The notes beneath the pieces were generated by a model. That model ran no database searches. It had not been told where the DNA came from and worked only from the letters and a program-made list of their open reading frames with translations. A DNA stretch of 64,000 nucleotides from Pachysolen tannophilus NRRL Y-2460 (lineage: Eukaryota): the NCBI GenBank assembly GCA_001661245.1, contig KV454013.1:1334502-1398501 (forward strand), read 5' to 3'. How positions within the stretch are numbered: position 1 is the first letter of the stretch; each line of letters starts with the position of its first letter. Made by a program: the position numbers and the translations under genes. Below are positions 23,089 through 34,500 of the stretch, piece after piece.

Positions 23089-23502
23089 AAAAAAAATTTA
23101 AAATTTTTTTTTATTTAAACAGACACCACAGCCCCGGAGCCTTCGAGAAGTTTTTTTTTTTGTTTAAGGAAAGCAAAATGCGGTAATTTGGGGTAATTTG
23201 GGGTAAATCAGGGCATTTTTTAATTTAGTCTTTGGGCAAATTTATAAATAAAATTGTAGTGACTCACACTACTACAACATTTTGATGGCAAAACACAACA
23301 AATTGCAGCCCTTCTTACCCGAATAGGTTAAACAGTTTTTCTTCTTTTTCTTCCACAACTGATTTATTGGTACGCGCTTACACTACCCCAGGTACTTTTT
23401 TTTTTTTTTTCTCTTTTTCTCTTTTTATTATCTTTTGCTAAGTTTTTATTTATATTTATTTATTTATTTATGTATATAAATATATAGTTTGAACAAGGGC
23501 AA

Positions 23503-24158
23503 ATGACGTATAATAACACTGAGAGGAATCTGACAGGAAATGCTGGTTCAAGGACAGTGATTATAGATGGGAATTCACCCAATGAAATATTGCATTTGAG
23601 AGCAGGACCTGTTTCTGATGTGAGCAATAATGGTGATACTACTACTAATAATACTACTACTACTACTAATAATAATAATATTGCTGTTAATAGTAATAAG
23701 AAATCAAGTAAAAAAAAGAAACCAAGAGTAAGATGGCAGGAAGATGTAGTGGATAATGAAAACATGGGCAAAAAGAAATCGAAAAGTAAGTATACAAGAA
23801 TCTTAAATATATATTTATATATATATATATGCATGCGGAGAGAAATTAATTTTTTACTAATACGTCATTTAATATAGTATGTTGTATATTCCATCCACAG
23901 AGAGAATTTGGAGATTTTTCAGATGATGAAAATTGTTGTTCGTCATCTGAAAGTGATTCAGATTCAGATTCAGACTCAGATTCGGATTCAGATTCAAACT
24001 CAGATACAGGTTCAAATTCAAATTCTGGATCTAATGAGAATAAAAAAAATAGTTCTTCGAAACAACAAACCAAAAATGGCTCTAGTTCAAGAAATTTAGA
24101 AAGACTCCCGAGCCCGAATGCATATGAGTTTCAACCAAAGTATACAAAGAAAAGCTGA
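23503..24158 (+). CDS. YPI1: PP1 regulatory subunit Ypi1 (inhibitor-3); intron 23786-23877
   Basis: RVRW PP1-docking motif, VVDNENMGKKKSK|ICCIFHP joined across GTAAGT..TACTAAT..TAG, C-terminal PNAYEFQP. Next to NIC96 as in S. cerevisiae. Confidence 0.93.
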
Positions 24159-24247
24159 AAACAAAAAAAAGTGTAACTAGTGGAATAAACTTGACATGAC
24201 TGATAACGATTTTATTAATATTAATTTTTTTTTTATATATATGTATA

Positions 24248-24256
24248 CGGCGGCTA
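24248..24256 (-). promoter_or_regulatory. URS1 (Ume6) consensus TAGCCGCCG
   Basis: CGGCGGCTA on the + strand, ~430 bp upstream of the NIC96 ATG. Confidence 0.45.
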
Positions 24257-24686
24257 TATTACTGAACAAAGAATTTTGAATGGATGATTGAAATATACGA
24301 AAAAGTACAATTACTCGTTTTCATTATCATTATCGTTTGTTGTCTTATCTTTAATCTCTGATCCATCTGCCAAAAATTGGTTTAAATATAAAAAAAAAGA
24401 AAACAAACAAAACGTAGTGCAAATAAAAAAATCAAACAAATGACAGAAAATGACAGAAAATGACAGATTTTTTTTTTTAAAAACAAAAGGAAACAACACG
24501 TGTCAATTGTGTTTGATCTTCAAAATTTTCTCAAACTTTTTGTCACTTTTTTTTGTTTGTTTCTCAAGTAAACAAACAAGTAATATATATATATATATAT
24601 ATATATAATAAATAATAAATAACTTTTATTTCCATTGGCGGTTAAAGAATTTTTATTCTTTTTTTTTTCTTCTTGAACAAGATAAG

Positions 24687-27509
24687 ATGACTGTTGGTAA
24701 TGAGAGTAATGATTTTGCAACTAATCGCACTGGTAAATACTTGTTGAAGGAATTGATTGAATCTGCAAGACATTTACCAAAAAGATATAATGATTTGGGT
24801 ACAATTCAACTTGGTTTAAATGATATTCAAAAAAAGGCTAGTGAATCAATCAAAGATAAGGACAAGCTTCGTCACTATACAAAGGCGCACTATTTGTTGA
24901 CCTTAAGTGGTATTACTGCTGAAGAAATTGAAAATGATTTGAAATCACTTGAAGTTCATCCAAGTTTAGATGCTTTTAATCCTACTGTATCACCATTGAT
25001 CAATTGGAATGAGGCTAATATTAAAACAAAGAAAGATGGGAATATCTTGATGGCCATTGAACATTCGTTATCAAGTGCAGCAAAAGATTTTGATAATTTT
25101 GTTAATCAAAATATTTCAATGGATTGGAAACAACGTAAAAATGAATTAAGAGAATCTTTTCAACTTATCTTGTTTCAAAAAGATTCTGCAACACTGCTTC
25201 CACCATCAGCACAATCACCAGCAACAGCAGCACCATCACCAGTACTGGCATCAGCATCGTCGCCATTCCCGGAAAATAAGAAACATAAAGCTTCTCCTGG
25301 GATAACTTGGAAATCTGTAGATAAAAATAAAAATTCATTATTAAACAGAGGAGAATTTACTGATGTTAAAGCTCCAGTAACTCCTGAAGATAATCTTTTA
25401 AATCCAGGTATTTCATTTGCACTGAGACAGAAATTCGAAATATATGCACAAGTAATTCATGATTTAAATAAAAATAGACAAAATAGAATATCATATCCAA
25501 TAGCTCTTGTATTTGCAGATTTAACAAAAGAAAATACAGATACAAAATCAAAACAAGTTCATCATGCTTGGAGAATATTACATGATTTTGTAATTTCAAA
25601 TGATGATAGAACATATCAAGAAAGAAAATTTCTTAAAAGTTATACTTCAACAGATTTAAATGATTTTAATGCTCTTACTTTAAGAAAATCAATTGTAAAA
25701 GCAAGTAGAAAATATCTTGAAAATCAATTTGTTCATTATATTAATGAAATATACAGAAAATCAGATCCTAGTATTAATAGAATTTCACTTCCAAGACAAA
25801 AAAATCAAGATAAACAGAAAAAACAACCAACAAATATAGAAAAGATAAAAGTTTTATTAGATAAAAAATTAAAAATAAATGGGAAATGGAAATTAACTAA
25901 TTTAATTACTATAAATAGTATGCCAATTTGGGCAATGATTTTTTATTTATTAAGAGCTGGATGGTATGAAGATGCATTAACTTTAACTGAAGAAAATATT
26001 GAAAATTTCCATAAATTTGAAAAATCTTTCCCAGTTTATCTTAGATCATATATTAATTCACCAGAAAGAAAATTACCAGAAGAATTACATGAAAGACTTC
26101 ATGCTGAATTTAATCAATATTTTAAACATTTAAATAAGGAAACAGATCCTTTTAAATATGCAATTTATAAAATTATAGGTAGATGTGATTTGACAAGAAA
26201 AAATTTACCTTATATAACACTTAGTGTTGAAGATTGGTTATGGACACATTTAACTTTAACAAAAGAAGATAATATTGAAAATGATCCTATTCATGAAAGA
26301 TATACTATATTAGATTTACAAAAAACAATTGAACAACTTGGTCCTGATAATTTTAATAACTCTAATAATAATCCTCTATATTTACAAGCATTAATGTTAA
26401 GTGGTTCATATGAATTAGCAGTGCAGTATTTATATTCAAGTAATGAAGTTAATGCTGTCCATTTAGCAATAAGTCTTTCATATTACGGTTTATTAAGAGT
26501 TACAAAGACAGTTGTTGATTCTCTTATTCTGGTCAATGATTTTGGACAAAGAGAATTGAATTTTAGCGGATTGTTAATTGCTTATACAAGAACTTTTAAA
26601 ATTTCGGATCCAAGAATTGCTGTTGAATATTTAACATTAATATGTATGACTGGAGGAAATGATCAAGAAAGAAAACAAGAACAAGAAATTTGTTTAGAAT
26701 ATTTAAGGAAATTGATATTAGAAACTAGAGAATTTAAACTATTATTAGGAGAGATTAAGAAAAATGGAGTTAGAGTACCTGGTTTCATTGAAGAAAAGAA
26801 AAAATTATTGTTATTAGAAGGTGAAAATGATTATTTACAAAAAGTAACTGAACAAGCAGCTATAAGAGCTGATGAAGAAGGAAGAACTGATGATAGTATC
26901 TTATTACACCAATTGTCAGGAGAGTATAATATTGTTATAAATCTTGTTAATACACTATTAGGTGAATTGTTAAATATTACAGAGCTTGATAAGCCTTTGA
27001 GATCACCTTTGGGTAGTACACAAGAAGATATAGTTTCAGTAGCTGAAAGATTAATGGAATCATATAGCACTAATGCTGAAGTATCTTTGAAAATTGAGTT
27101 GAAAAAAAAGGAAACTTGTTCAAAATTGTTATATATTGTAAAGATTAGAGGTTTTTTTGTTAATCAAGATTGGGAAAGGTGTTTGAAATATTTGGGCCTG
27201 TTAGATTTTATTCCTGCTTCACTTTATAAGACAGATTTAAATAAATTAAGAGAAATGGCTCAGAATGTCCAATCATTAGATGATTCAATAGCAAGAAATA
27301 TTTCTTCATTGTTGATAATGACCATGACTTGTGTTTCACAGTTAACTTACTCCTTAGTACACAGTGAATATAGAGGACAAACCAAAGATGAGAGATTACA
27401 GCAATTAAAGCAAATCTCAAAAAATTGTATGATATTTGCTGGTTTGGTTGAATACAAAATGCCACAGGAAATTTATACTATGCTCATCAATTTAGAATCG
27501 TTAACATGA
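24687..27509 (+). CDS. NIC96: Nucleoporin Nic96
   Basis: LGTIQLGLNDI, HYTKAHYLL, PIWAMIFYLLRAG, DPFKYAIYKIIGRCDL, SVEDWLW, AVHLAISLSYYGLL, ILETREF, YKMPQEIY. Confidence 0.96.
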   Translation: MTVGNESNDFATNRTGKYLLKELIESARHLPKRYNDLGTIQLGLNDIQKKASESIKDKDKLRHYTKAHYLLTLSGITAEEIENDLKSLEVHPSLDAFNPTVSPLINWNEANIKTKKDGNILMAIEHSLSSAAKDFDNFVNQNISMDWKQRKNELRESFQLILFQKDSATLLPPSAQSPATAAPSPVLASASSPFPENKKHKASPGITWKSVDKNKNSLLNRGEFTDVKAPVTPEDNLLNPGISFALRQKFEIYAQVIHDLNKNRQNRISYPIALVFADLTKENTDTKSKQVHHAWRILHDFVISNDDRTYQERKFLKSYTSTDLNDFNALTLRKSIVKASRKYLENQFVHYINEIYRKSDPSINRISLPRQKNQDKQKKQPTNIEKIKVLLDKKLKINGKWKLTNLITINSMPIWAMIFYLLRAGWYEDALTLTEENIENFHKFEKSFPVYLRSYINSPERKLPEELHERLHAEFNQYFKHLNKETDPFKYAIYKIIGRCDLTRKNLPYITLSVEDWLWTHLTLTKEDNIENDPIHERYTILDLQKTIEQLGPDNFNNSNNNPLYLQALMLSGSYELAVQYLYSSNEVNAVHLAISLSYYGLLRVTKTVVDSLILVNDFGQRELNFSGLLIAYTRTFKISDPRIAVEYLTLICMTGGNDQERKQEQEICLEYLRKLILETREFKLLLGEIKKNGVRVPGFIEEKKKLLLLEGENDYLQKVTEQAAIRADEEGRTDDSILLHQLSGEYNIVINLVNTLLGELLNITELDKPLRSPLGSTQEDIVSVAERLMESYSTNAEVSLKIELKKKETCSKLLYIVKIRGFFVNQDWERCLKYLGLLDFIPASLYKTDLNKLREMAQNVQSLDDSIARNISSLLIMTMTCVSQLTYSLVHSEYRGQTKDERLQQLKQISKNCMIFAGLVEYKMPQEIYTMLINLESLT

Positions 27510-27658
27510 TTTACATTACCATTTTCCTTTTTTTTTTTAAAAAAAAAAGAAACTATTGACTTTTTTAATTTTTCATATAAATATATGTATTTCTTTTTTC
27601 TTTGTTCTGGAGATATTAAAAAAAAGCTCTATAAATTAATTGTGAAGTTGAAATTATT

Positions 27659-28426
27659 TTATTCAAAGACCACATCTGTTCTTAAAACCCATTTTTCTCC
27701 ATTCTTTACCAAATCAGCCTCATGTAACAAACAATCTTGTCCATGTTTATGTAGCAAGACCATTCCTTTGCTAGGGTGAAGATCAACGAGTACACCATTA
27801 CTTGTTGCAGGATAAAAAATAGTATTCCCACCAGTAAATTCCTCATCTCCTGTTAGATACATCAACATGGTCCATTTTGTCCTTCCATTCAAAATTTTTT
27901 TGTTATTAGTGTCATTGGTTGAATCTAATACTGTTGAATTCACATCATCATCGTAATGCTTACCAAAATAATGTCCCTTTGTATATCTGTATACACGTAA
28001 TTGGGAGTTCAAACCAATAGCTTTATCAAACATATCAACACTAGAGTCTTCTTCTCCCAAATCATATTCATCTTTAAATGATAAAACTTTTTTCAAATAT
28101 TTCCAAAGATTTAATGCAGTCTCATGATCGTTAACCAATGCTCTATCATTAACCCTGGATGCATAGTCTTTACTTTCAATTTTGGGTGTTAATGATAATT
28201 CCAAAGAGGATTCAAATGATTTAATCAAGTCAGCACATAACTGTTCGGTGAAAAATCTTTCAATCGTTATTATCTGGTCAGGAACAATTGTTCGTACTAT
28301 AGGTTTATCATAATTTCTTAAATTTTTACTTGATAATTTTTGAAGATCAAGTGGAAATTCATATTTTTTATCTTCAATATTCTTTCTATTGGGAATTACT
28401 TTTAACTTGGCTTTCTTCAGAACCAT
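27659..28426 (-). CDS. 2-oxoglutarate/Fe(II) oxygenase, prolyl-4-hydroxylase-like, uncharacterised
   Basis: GLNSQLRVYRY..GHYFGKHYDD (HxD), WTMLMYL, GGNTIFY, CLLHEA (distal His), KWVLRTDV. Confidence 0.88.
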   Translation of the reverse strand: MVLKKAKLKVIPNRKNIEDKKYEFPLDLQKLSSKNLRNYDKPIVRTIVPDQIITIERFFTEQLCADLIKSFESSLELSLTPKIESKDYASRVNDRALVNDHETALNLWKYLKKVLSFKDEYDLGEEDSSVDMFDKAIGLNSQLRVYRYTKGHYFGKHYDDDVNSTVLDSTNDTNNKKILNGRTKWTMLMYLTGDEEFTGGNTIFYPATSNGVLVDLHPSKGMVLLHKHGQDCLLHEADLVKNGEKWVLRTDVVFE

Positions 28427-28556
28427 CTTAAAGATTAAATTTCAATACTTATTCAATCTCTGTTGTATTGTATTCTACTATTTATTATTATTACATTTAA
28501 AAGGTTTTAACCAATATTTTTTTATTTTCACTACTTAACCTCTACATGATCTTTAT

Positions 28557-31115
28557 CTATATTCGATCTCCCTTATTTACAAAGAAACTTCTTGTAGTAT
28601 TTACAACTTGCCTGAAATCATTAATGTCATAGGTTACTAGTCTCTTTCGAACCCAACCACTCAATTTGCTTGAAATTCTAGTATTTTCTGAATATCTCTT
28701 ATCTATCAAGTAAATGGTTGCATAATCACCAATATGTCTGATTGATCTACCAATACTTTGATTAACCAGTCGCATACAAATATTTTCATAAAAATGAGTA
28801 CAAGCTTCTAAAGACATTTGCTTATTTTGTGTCTTTGCAAAAACTTGATCATATATATATTTTCTTTTTGAAATAATCTCTCCACTGAATAAATTTGGAA
28901 ATGGAAGTCCAATCATTATTACAGCTCTTGCAAGATTATCAGAAAAATTTATACCTTCAGATAACTTGCCTCCAACAACGGAAAATAGAATTGCTCCTTT
29001 ATTATTCAATATTTCTAAAGAATAATTTTGTAATAAATCATCTAATTCAGTGGAATTTTGCTCTTCTTTGAAAATTTTTTTTAACTTGTTCAATATCGAA
29101 TAAATAGTTGATTTTTGCCATTGTGATATCACTTGAAATAAATATTTATAACTTGGGAAAAAAACAACAACACCTCCTGGTATATTCTTGGCAAGTTCAA
29201 TAAAAGTAAAACCTAGCCCATCAATCATCTTGTTATCGTTTCTTTTATCAAACGTGAATTCGAAAGGCAATCCGTTACAACTCTTACCAACACTGAAAAC
29301 TTTTAAGTTGTCATCAGGTATAATATGATCACAACTAAATTTTAAGATTTTTTGTTTATCAATATAAGGAAATAAATAATGCTCATAATCTTCCATTGGT
29401 TCCATTGTACCACCTGCTAATATAACACATCTTGCGTGTTCCACAATTTCTCTAAAAATTTCACTAGAATCCAATAACATATAATTTATCGATATATCTT
29501 CACCAATTTTATCAAAAAAAAATTTACCTTCTCTTGAAGGATTTGCTAGTGATTTCATGAATGCAGTCACTTTGAACAACAATGGCATTGATCTATGCAT
29601 CGATTTTCTTCCAGTAATCTTTTCCATATAACCTTCAATCTTATATGCAATCTTAGAAACAGAGAGATATTTATCTAATTTATGAATATTTAATATATCA
29701 CCATTATTGTCACTAAAAATATCCAAGATTTGAATTTCTTTACCTGGGGTAACCATTTTTGAATTTCGTTGATTGATGATAAAATTTTGTAAAATATCAA
29801 CCATTTTAATAATCTTAGCCAAATTGACTCTATTACCTCCATTTAACCTTGTTCTAAATTTGTTCATATAAAATTTAAGAGTTTTCTTTGTATCTGATAA
29901 TTCTTGTAATGATATTGAAGTTGAGTTCATGGCTGATATGGTATCTAACAAATTATGAGCTTCATCTATTATTACAATTGAATCTTTAAGTTTCAAGCCC
30001 AATACATCTCTAGCTGATTTTTCCAAGAGTAATTGGTATGGTAGGGCAATAATTTCACTAATATTAACACCACTTCTAACGCTATAATAAGGACAAATTG
30101 TAAGTTTTTCTCCAATCTTGTGTAAATCCTCAATATCATGAACTTCACTGAATGTCATATCTCTAAATCTCTTAACCAAATTTTCACTAATTGGGTCACT
30201 ATGTTTGGGGAAATATTGACAACCTTCAACAACGTCATTTCCTTTTCCTTTTACTTTAGATTTATTTTGTTGTAAATCTAAACAGCCATCATTAATTAAT
30301 GAAACATTTTCAAATTTTGATATCTTGGGATGAACACATAATTGTTTTCTAGAAGCTAAGGGTAAATATTTGATTCTTTCCTGGACACCTTCAAAAGAAG
30401 ATTTAAAATTAGTCAATTTAACTTGATGAGAAAATTGATTTAATTGAGAATGGGTTCTTGAAGAATAAAAAATAGTTGTTGGGCATTCATTTATCAAGTC
30501 TCCAAGAGCATTATCTCTAACAACGTGATCTTCAAGACCTTCAACTTTGATCAATAGATCTCTTATTTCCAGTTGAATTTTAAGATTCTCATCAATTTGT
30601 GAATTTTCTCCATCACTAGTATAATCTTTGGGCACAAACTCATTATCATCATCATCATCTTCATTTTCAACTGAAATTTTTATCTTCTTTATTCTCCTTC
30701 TATTATCAACACCATTATCTTTAATCTCATGAACCACAGTAGCATCCACTTCAGATTTAAACTCATCCAAATGTAATTCATAATCTTTCAACAAATTTTT
30801 CTGTTTTGACAAAATCTTCTCTTTATAAACTTCTTTGATCCATTCAGGTTCATCATCATCTTCCTCTTCTTCTTCTTTTTTACTCTCCAACTTATTAACT
30901 TGGTCCAAATGTAACTGTCTCTTATAATTCCTCAACCATGTCATCGTCGAACATATGATCGACAAAGTCTTACCAGTTCCTGTTGGACTTTCAAACAATC
31001 CTATTTTGTAATTCTTATCAATAACATCATAGATCGCTCCCATTAACTGAACCTGAATATGATAGGGCTCATATGGATGACTAAAGAAGTTGCCATCTTT
31101 ACCACAAGCATCCAT
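28557..31115 (-). CDS. CHL1: XPD-family Fe-S DNA helicase Chl1/DDX11
   Basis: HPYEPYHIQ, FESPTGTGKTLSIIC, SSRTHSQL, LASRKQLC, CPYY, DEAHNL, LAGGTMEP, VVGGKLSEGINFSD, NQSIGRSIRH. Confidence 0.97.
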   Translation of the reverse strand: MDACGKDGNFFSHPYEPYHIQVQLMGAIYDVIDKNYKIGLFESPTGTGKTLSIICSTMTWLRNYKRQLHLDQVNKLESKKEEEEEDDDEPEWIKEVYKEKILSKQKNLLKDYELHLDEFKSEVDATVVHEIKDNGVDNRRRIKKIKISVENEDDDDDNEFVPKDYTSDGENSQIDENLKIQLEIRDLLIKVEGLEDHVVRDNALGDLINECPTTIFYSSRTHSQLNQFSHQVKLTNFKSSFEGVQERIKYLPLASRKQLCVHPKISKFENVSLINDGCLDLQQNKSKVKGKGNDVVEGCQYFPKHSDPISENLVKRFRDMTFSEVHDIEDLHKIGEKLTICPYYSVRSGVNISEIIALPYQLLLEKSARDVLGLKLKDSIVIIDEAHNLLDTISAMNSTSISLQELSDTKKTLKFYMNKFRTRLNGGNRVNLAKIIKMVDILQNFIINQRNSKMVTPGKEIQILDIFSDNNGDILNIHKLDKYLSVSKIAYKIEGYMEKITGRKSMHRSMPLLFKVTAFMKSLANPSREGKFFFDKIGEDISINYMLLDSSEIFREIVEHARCVILAGGTMEPMEDYEHYLFPYIDKQKILKFSCDHIIPDDNLKVFSVGKSCNGLPFEFTFDKRNDNKMIDGLGFTFIELAKNIPGGVVVFFPSYKYLFQVISQWQKSTIYSILNKLKKIFKEEQNSTELDDLLQNYSLEILNNKGAILFSVVGGKLSEGINFSDNLARAVIMIGLPFPNLFSGEIISKRKYIYDQVFAKTQNKQMSLEACTHFYENICMRLVNQSIGRSIRHIGDYATIYLIDKRYSENTRISSKLSGWVRKRLVTYDINDFRQVVNTTRSFFVNKGDRI

Positions 31116-31357
31116 TATATCTCAAAGCACTTCATTCACCATCTGATACTTGACAATGTCTTCCATAAAATCTCAACTAGTTTATTTCAATAAATTGATA
31201 TTGAAAACTATTTTAATTTTTAAAAATACACAAAAATTCAAAAAATTCCAAAATTAAAACAATTTTATCAAAAGTTTCCAATTATTTGTAAGTGATTTTT
31301 CACTATTGTGTTTTGGATAGCAATAGGTCTAATAGGTCTTTTCCATTTCCATTGCAA

Positions 31358-31519
31358 ATGATGCCGTCGGGCTCTTCTAGAGGGGTTGGGACTGGTAATA
31401 GTAAAGGCAAATATAATGGTGAGAATGAGCCTTTTTTGTCTGCTAATATCAGAAGAAGGTTATCTATGAGTGGTGATGATGATGAAGATGATGAAGAAGA
31501 ACAAGAACGAGAGGAACGA

Positions 31520-31550
<31 letters not shown>

Positions 31551-34500
31551 GTATGGTGATTAAAAATGAAAAGAGACTACGAACAGGTGATGGTAAGAAG
31601 AGTCAGAAGTTGGGAACTTTTGGTGGGGTTTTTTTACCAACGGCCTTGAATGTTTTAAGTATATTGATGTTTTTAAGATTTGGTTTTGTTGTTGGACAGA
31701 TGGGGATTTTAGGTTCTCTATTATTGCTTTTTATGTCGTATGCTATTGATTTATTGACCACTTTGTCTATCTCTGCAATTGCCACAAATGGTACAGTCAG
31801 AGGTGGAGGTGCTTATTATATGATAAGTAGAAGTTTAGGTCCTGAGTTTGGAGGATCTATAGGAATTGTGTTTTATATTGGTCAGATTTTAAATTCTGCC
31901 TTGAACGTTGTTGGATTTATTGAACCTTTATTGGTCAATTTTGGAGTTAAAAATGGTGAATTCTTGAAAATATTACCAGATGAAGGATATTGGTGGGTTT
32001 TCTTGTATTCTACAGTGTTATTATTTTTATGTACTATCATCTCTTTAACAGGTTCTGGGTTAGTTTCAAAAGCTGGATCTTTATTTTTTGGAGTTTTAAT
32101 CATTGCTACAATATCAATTCCAATTTCTACTTTATTTGTTGCGCCTTTTGAAATTCCAGAACTTGACTCTTATTATTCAGGACCTTGTATTAAAAATTTA
32201 AAAGAAAATTTGATGCCTCATTTCACAAAGAAAGCTGCTGGTTCACAAATAGATGGGAAAGAAACATTTAATGATTTGTTTGGGATTTTTTTCCCAGCTG
32301 CAGCAGGTATATTTGCTGGAGCTTCAATGAGTGGTGATTTGAAAAAACCATCAAAGGCAATACCTAAGGGAACTTTATATGGTTTACTTCTAACTTTTCT
32401 TTGTTATTTTAGTGTTATTCTTTCTATTGGAATTGCTATTCCAAGAGATTTGTTATATAAAGATGTTCATGTTATTCAATCCATTAATATTTCAAGGAAA
32501 TTGGTTTTACTTGGTGAATTTTCAACAGCTTTATTTTCTGTTATAGTTGGTATAGTAGGTGCCGCTAATGTATTGGAAGCAATAGCAAAAGATGAAATTA
32601 TTCCAGGTTTAAAATGTTTTAATAACAATGATAACACTAGCAGTAAAGCCTCTATATTATTTACTTGGTTATTAACACAATTATGTTTGTTTGCAGATAT
32701 TAATCAGATTGCAACGTTTATAACAATGGCATTTTTAATGACTTTTATCGTTACAAACTTAGCTTGTTTCTTATTAAAAATTGGATCGGCTCCAAATTTT
32801 AGACCAAGCTTTGACTGGTTTAGTTCTGCTACAGCATTTGTTGGATGTATCAGCTGTGCAGTGGCTATGTTTATTGTTGATGGAACTTCAGCTATGCTAG
32901 TAATTGTCTTTCTTCTTCTTTTGTTTTTATTAATCCATTATGTTTGCCCTCCAAAACTGTGGGGGGATGTTTCACAATCATTAATATATCATCAAGTGAG
33001 GAAATATTTGTTAAGATTAAGACAAGACAATGTTAAATATTGGCGTCCACAGATTTTGTTATTGATGGATAATCCTAGAACGGCATGGAATTTAATGAGT
33101 TTTTGTAATCATTTGAAAAAAGGTGGATTATATATATTAGGACATGTTATAGTGACTGAAACTTTTCAAGATAGATTTTCTGAATTCAAGAAACAACAAC
33201 AGGCATGGATGAAATTGAGAGATTTATCCAAGATAAAAGCCTTTGTCCAAATTGGATTAGGTCCTACATTGTCATGGGGGGTTAGAAATGTTTATTTGGG
33301 TAGTGGTCTAGGAGGAATGAAACCAAATATAACAGTCTTGGGATTTTATGATCTTTCTGATTATTATGCGGAAAGAGAGGCTAAAGATTCATCATTTAGT
33401 AACCCTATGAAATCACTTTGTACTGAGAGACAAAATACTCGTTTTAACAATCAGATTGGTGTTGATTTTGAAAGTTTACCTACTGATTCATGTCGTAACG
33501 AAAATAAAGCTACAATTCAAGAATGGGTTCACATTATTGAAGATTTATTACTTTTAGAATCAAATGTTGCTATAGCAAAAGGATTTCCAAGGTTAATTTC
33601 AGTGATTGCGATTGCCGTTGCTGCTGCTGCTGCTGCTGTTGTTGTTGTTGTAATGGTTGTGATTGTCCCTGGGTAGGCGGTAATCTATTATTATGAAAAA
33701 AACTGAAGGTCCAGCTCTGTTTCTGTTGGCTTTTTGTGTTTTGACTGATAAAGAAGATGACAGTTTTTTCTTCAATTCAGGTCTTGCTAAAGGTGATTTA
33801 GCTGGTTTCATTGAATTCTGATAAGACATAGTAGATCCATATCCATATCCATATCCGTTTCCGGATCCGTATCCGTTTCCTCCTGTTCTACTGTTATTTA
33901 AAGATCCATAATTTCTAACCTTATTATTTAAACTCAGCTCAGAATCACTATCGGATACTAAATCTTCTGAATCTGATAAATCTGATGAATCCGATATGTT
34001 TGTTTTTGCAATATCAGATTGCAGTAATTTTGAAGTTCTCATACTCACTGATAATCCTAATTTCTGTAATTTTGAAAAAGTATATCTCCTTTTTTTTATT
34101 TCCTCCATCTTCTCTCAAAGCTTTAAAATTGAAACTATTATTATTTCCAATAGGAACATCCATGGACAAAGATCTTTTAAATTTGTCTTTATTTTTGTTA
34201 TTCGTTTTTGAAAAATTTCTAATTTCCAAAAGATTTTGAAACCATTCATCATCACCTATCAATTTATTTACTCTATTAACAGCATTATGATTTGTCTTAT
34301 CACCTTTAACGATATAATTATAAACCGGATAATCACCTGAACTAAAGCTCAAAACTAAAATTTCCGCCTTGATCCTTAATACTTCCAACAATGAAGAAAC
34401 TCTGTTCTTTTCATCCTTGACATCTTCTTGATATTCCACAAACACAACTACTCGTAATTTATGTGTTCTTTTCCATTCGGGTACGGTATTTAAAATAGCT

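Noticed and set aside
23181..23208. Short GGTAATTTGG tandem repeat resembling a telomeric seed
   Set aside because: Only about 2.5 copies in a promoter next to a Reb1-like TTACCCG (23315-23321), so more simply general-regulatory-factor sites.
23370..23487. Possible 5'-UTR intron of YPI1 (GTACTT or GTACGC..TGCTAAG..TAG)
   Set aside because: Donor and branch point are non-canonical, and no coding constraint is available to test it.
33596..33676. Hydrophobic tail [19 protein letters not shown] on the VHC1 ORF, resembling an extra TM helix
   Set aside because: It is the antisense reading of a poly-Gln tract in the inverted segment.
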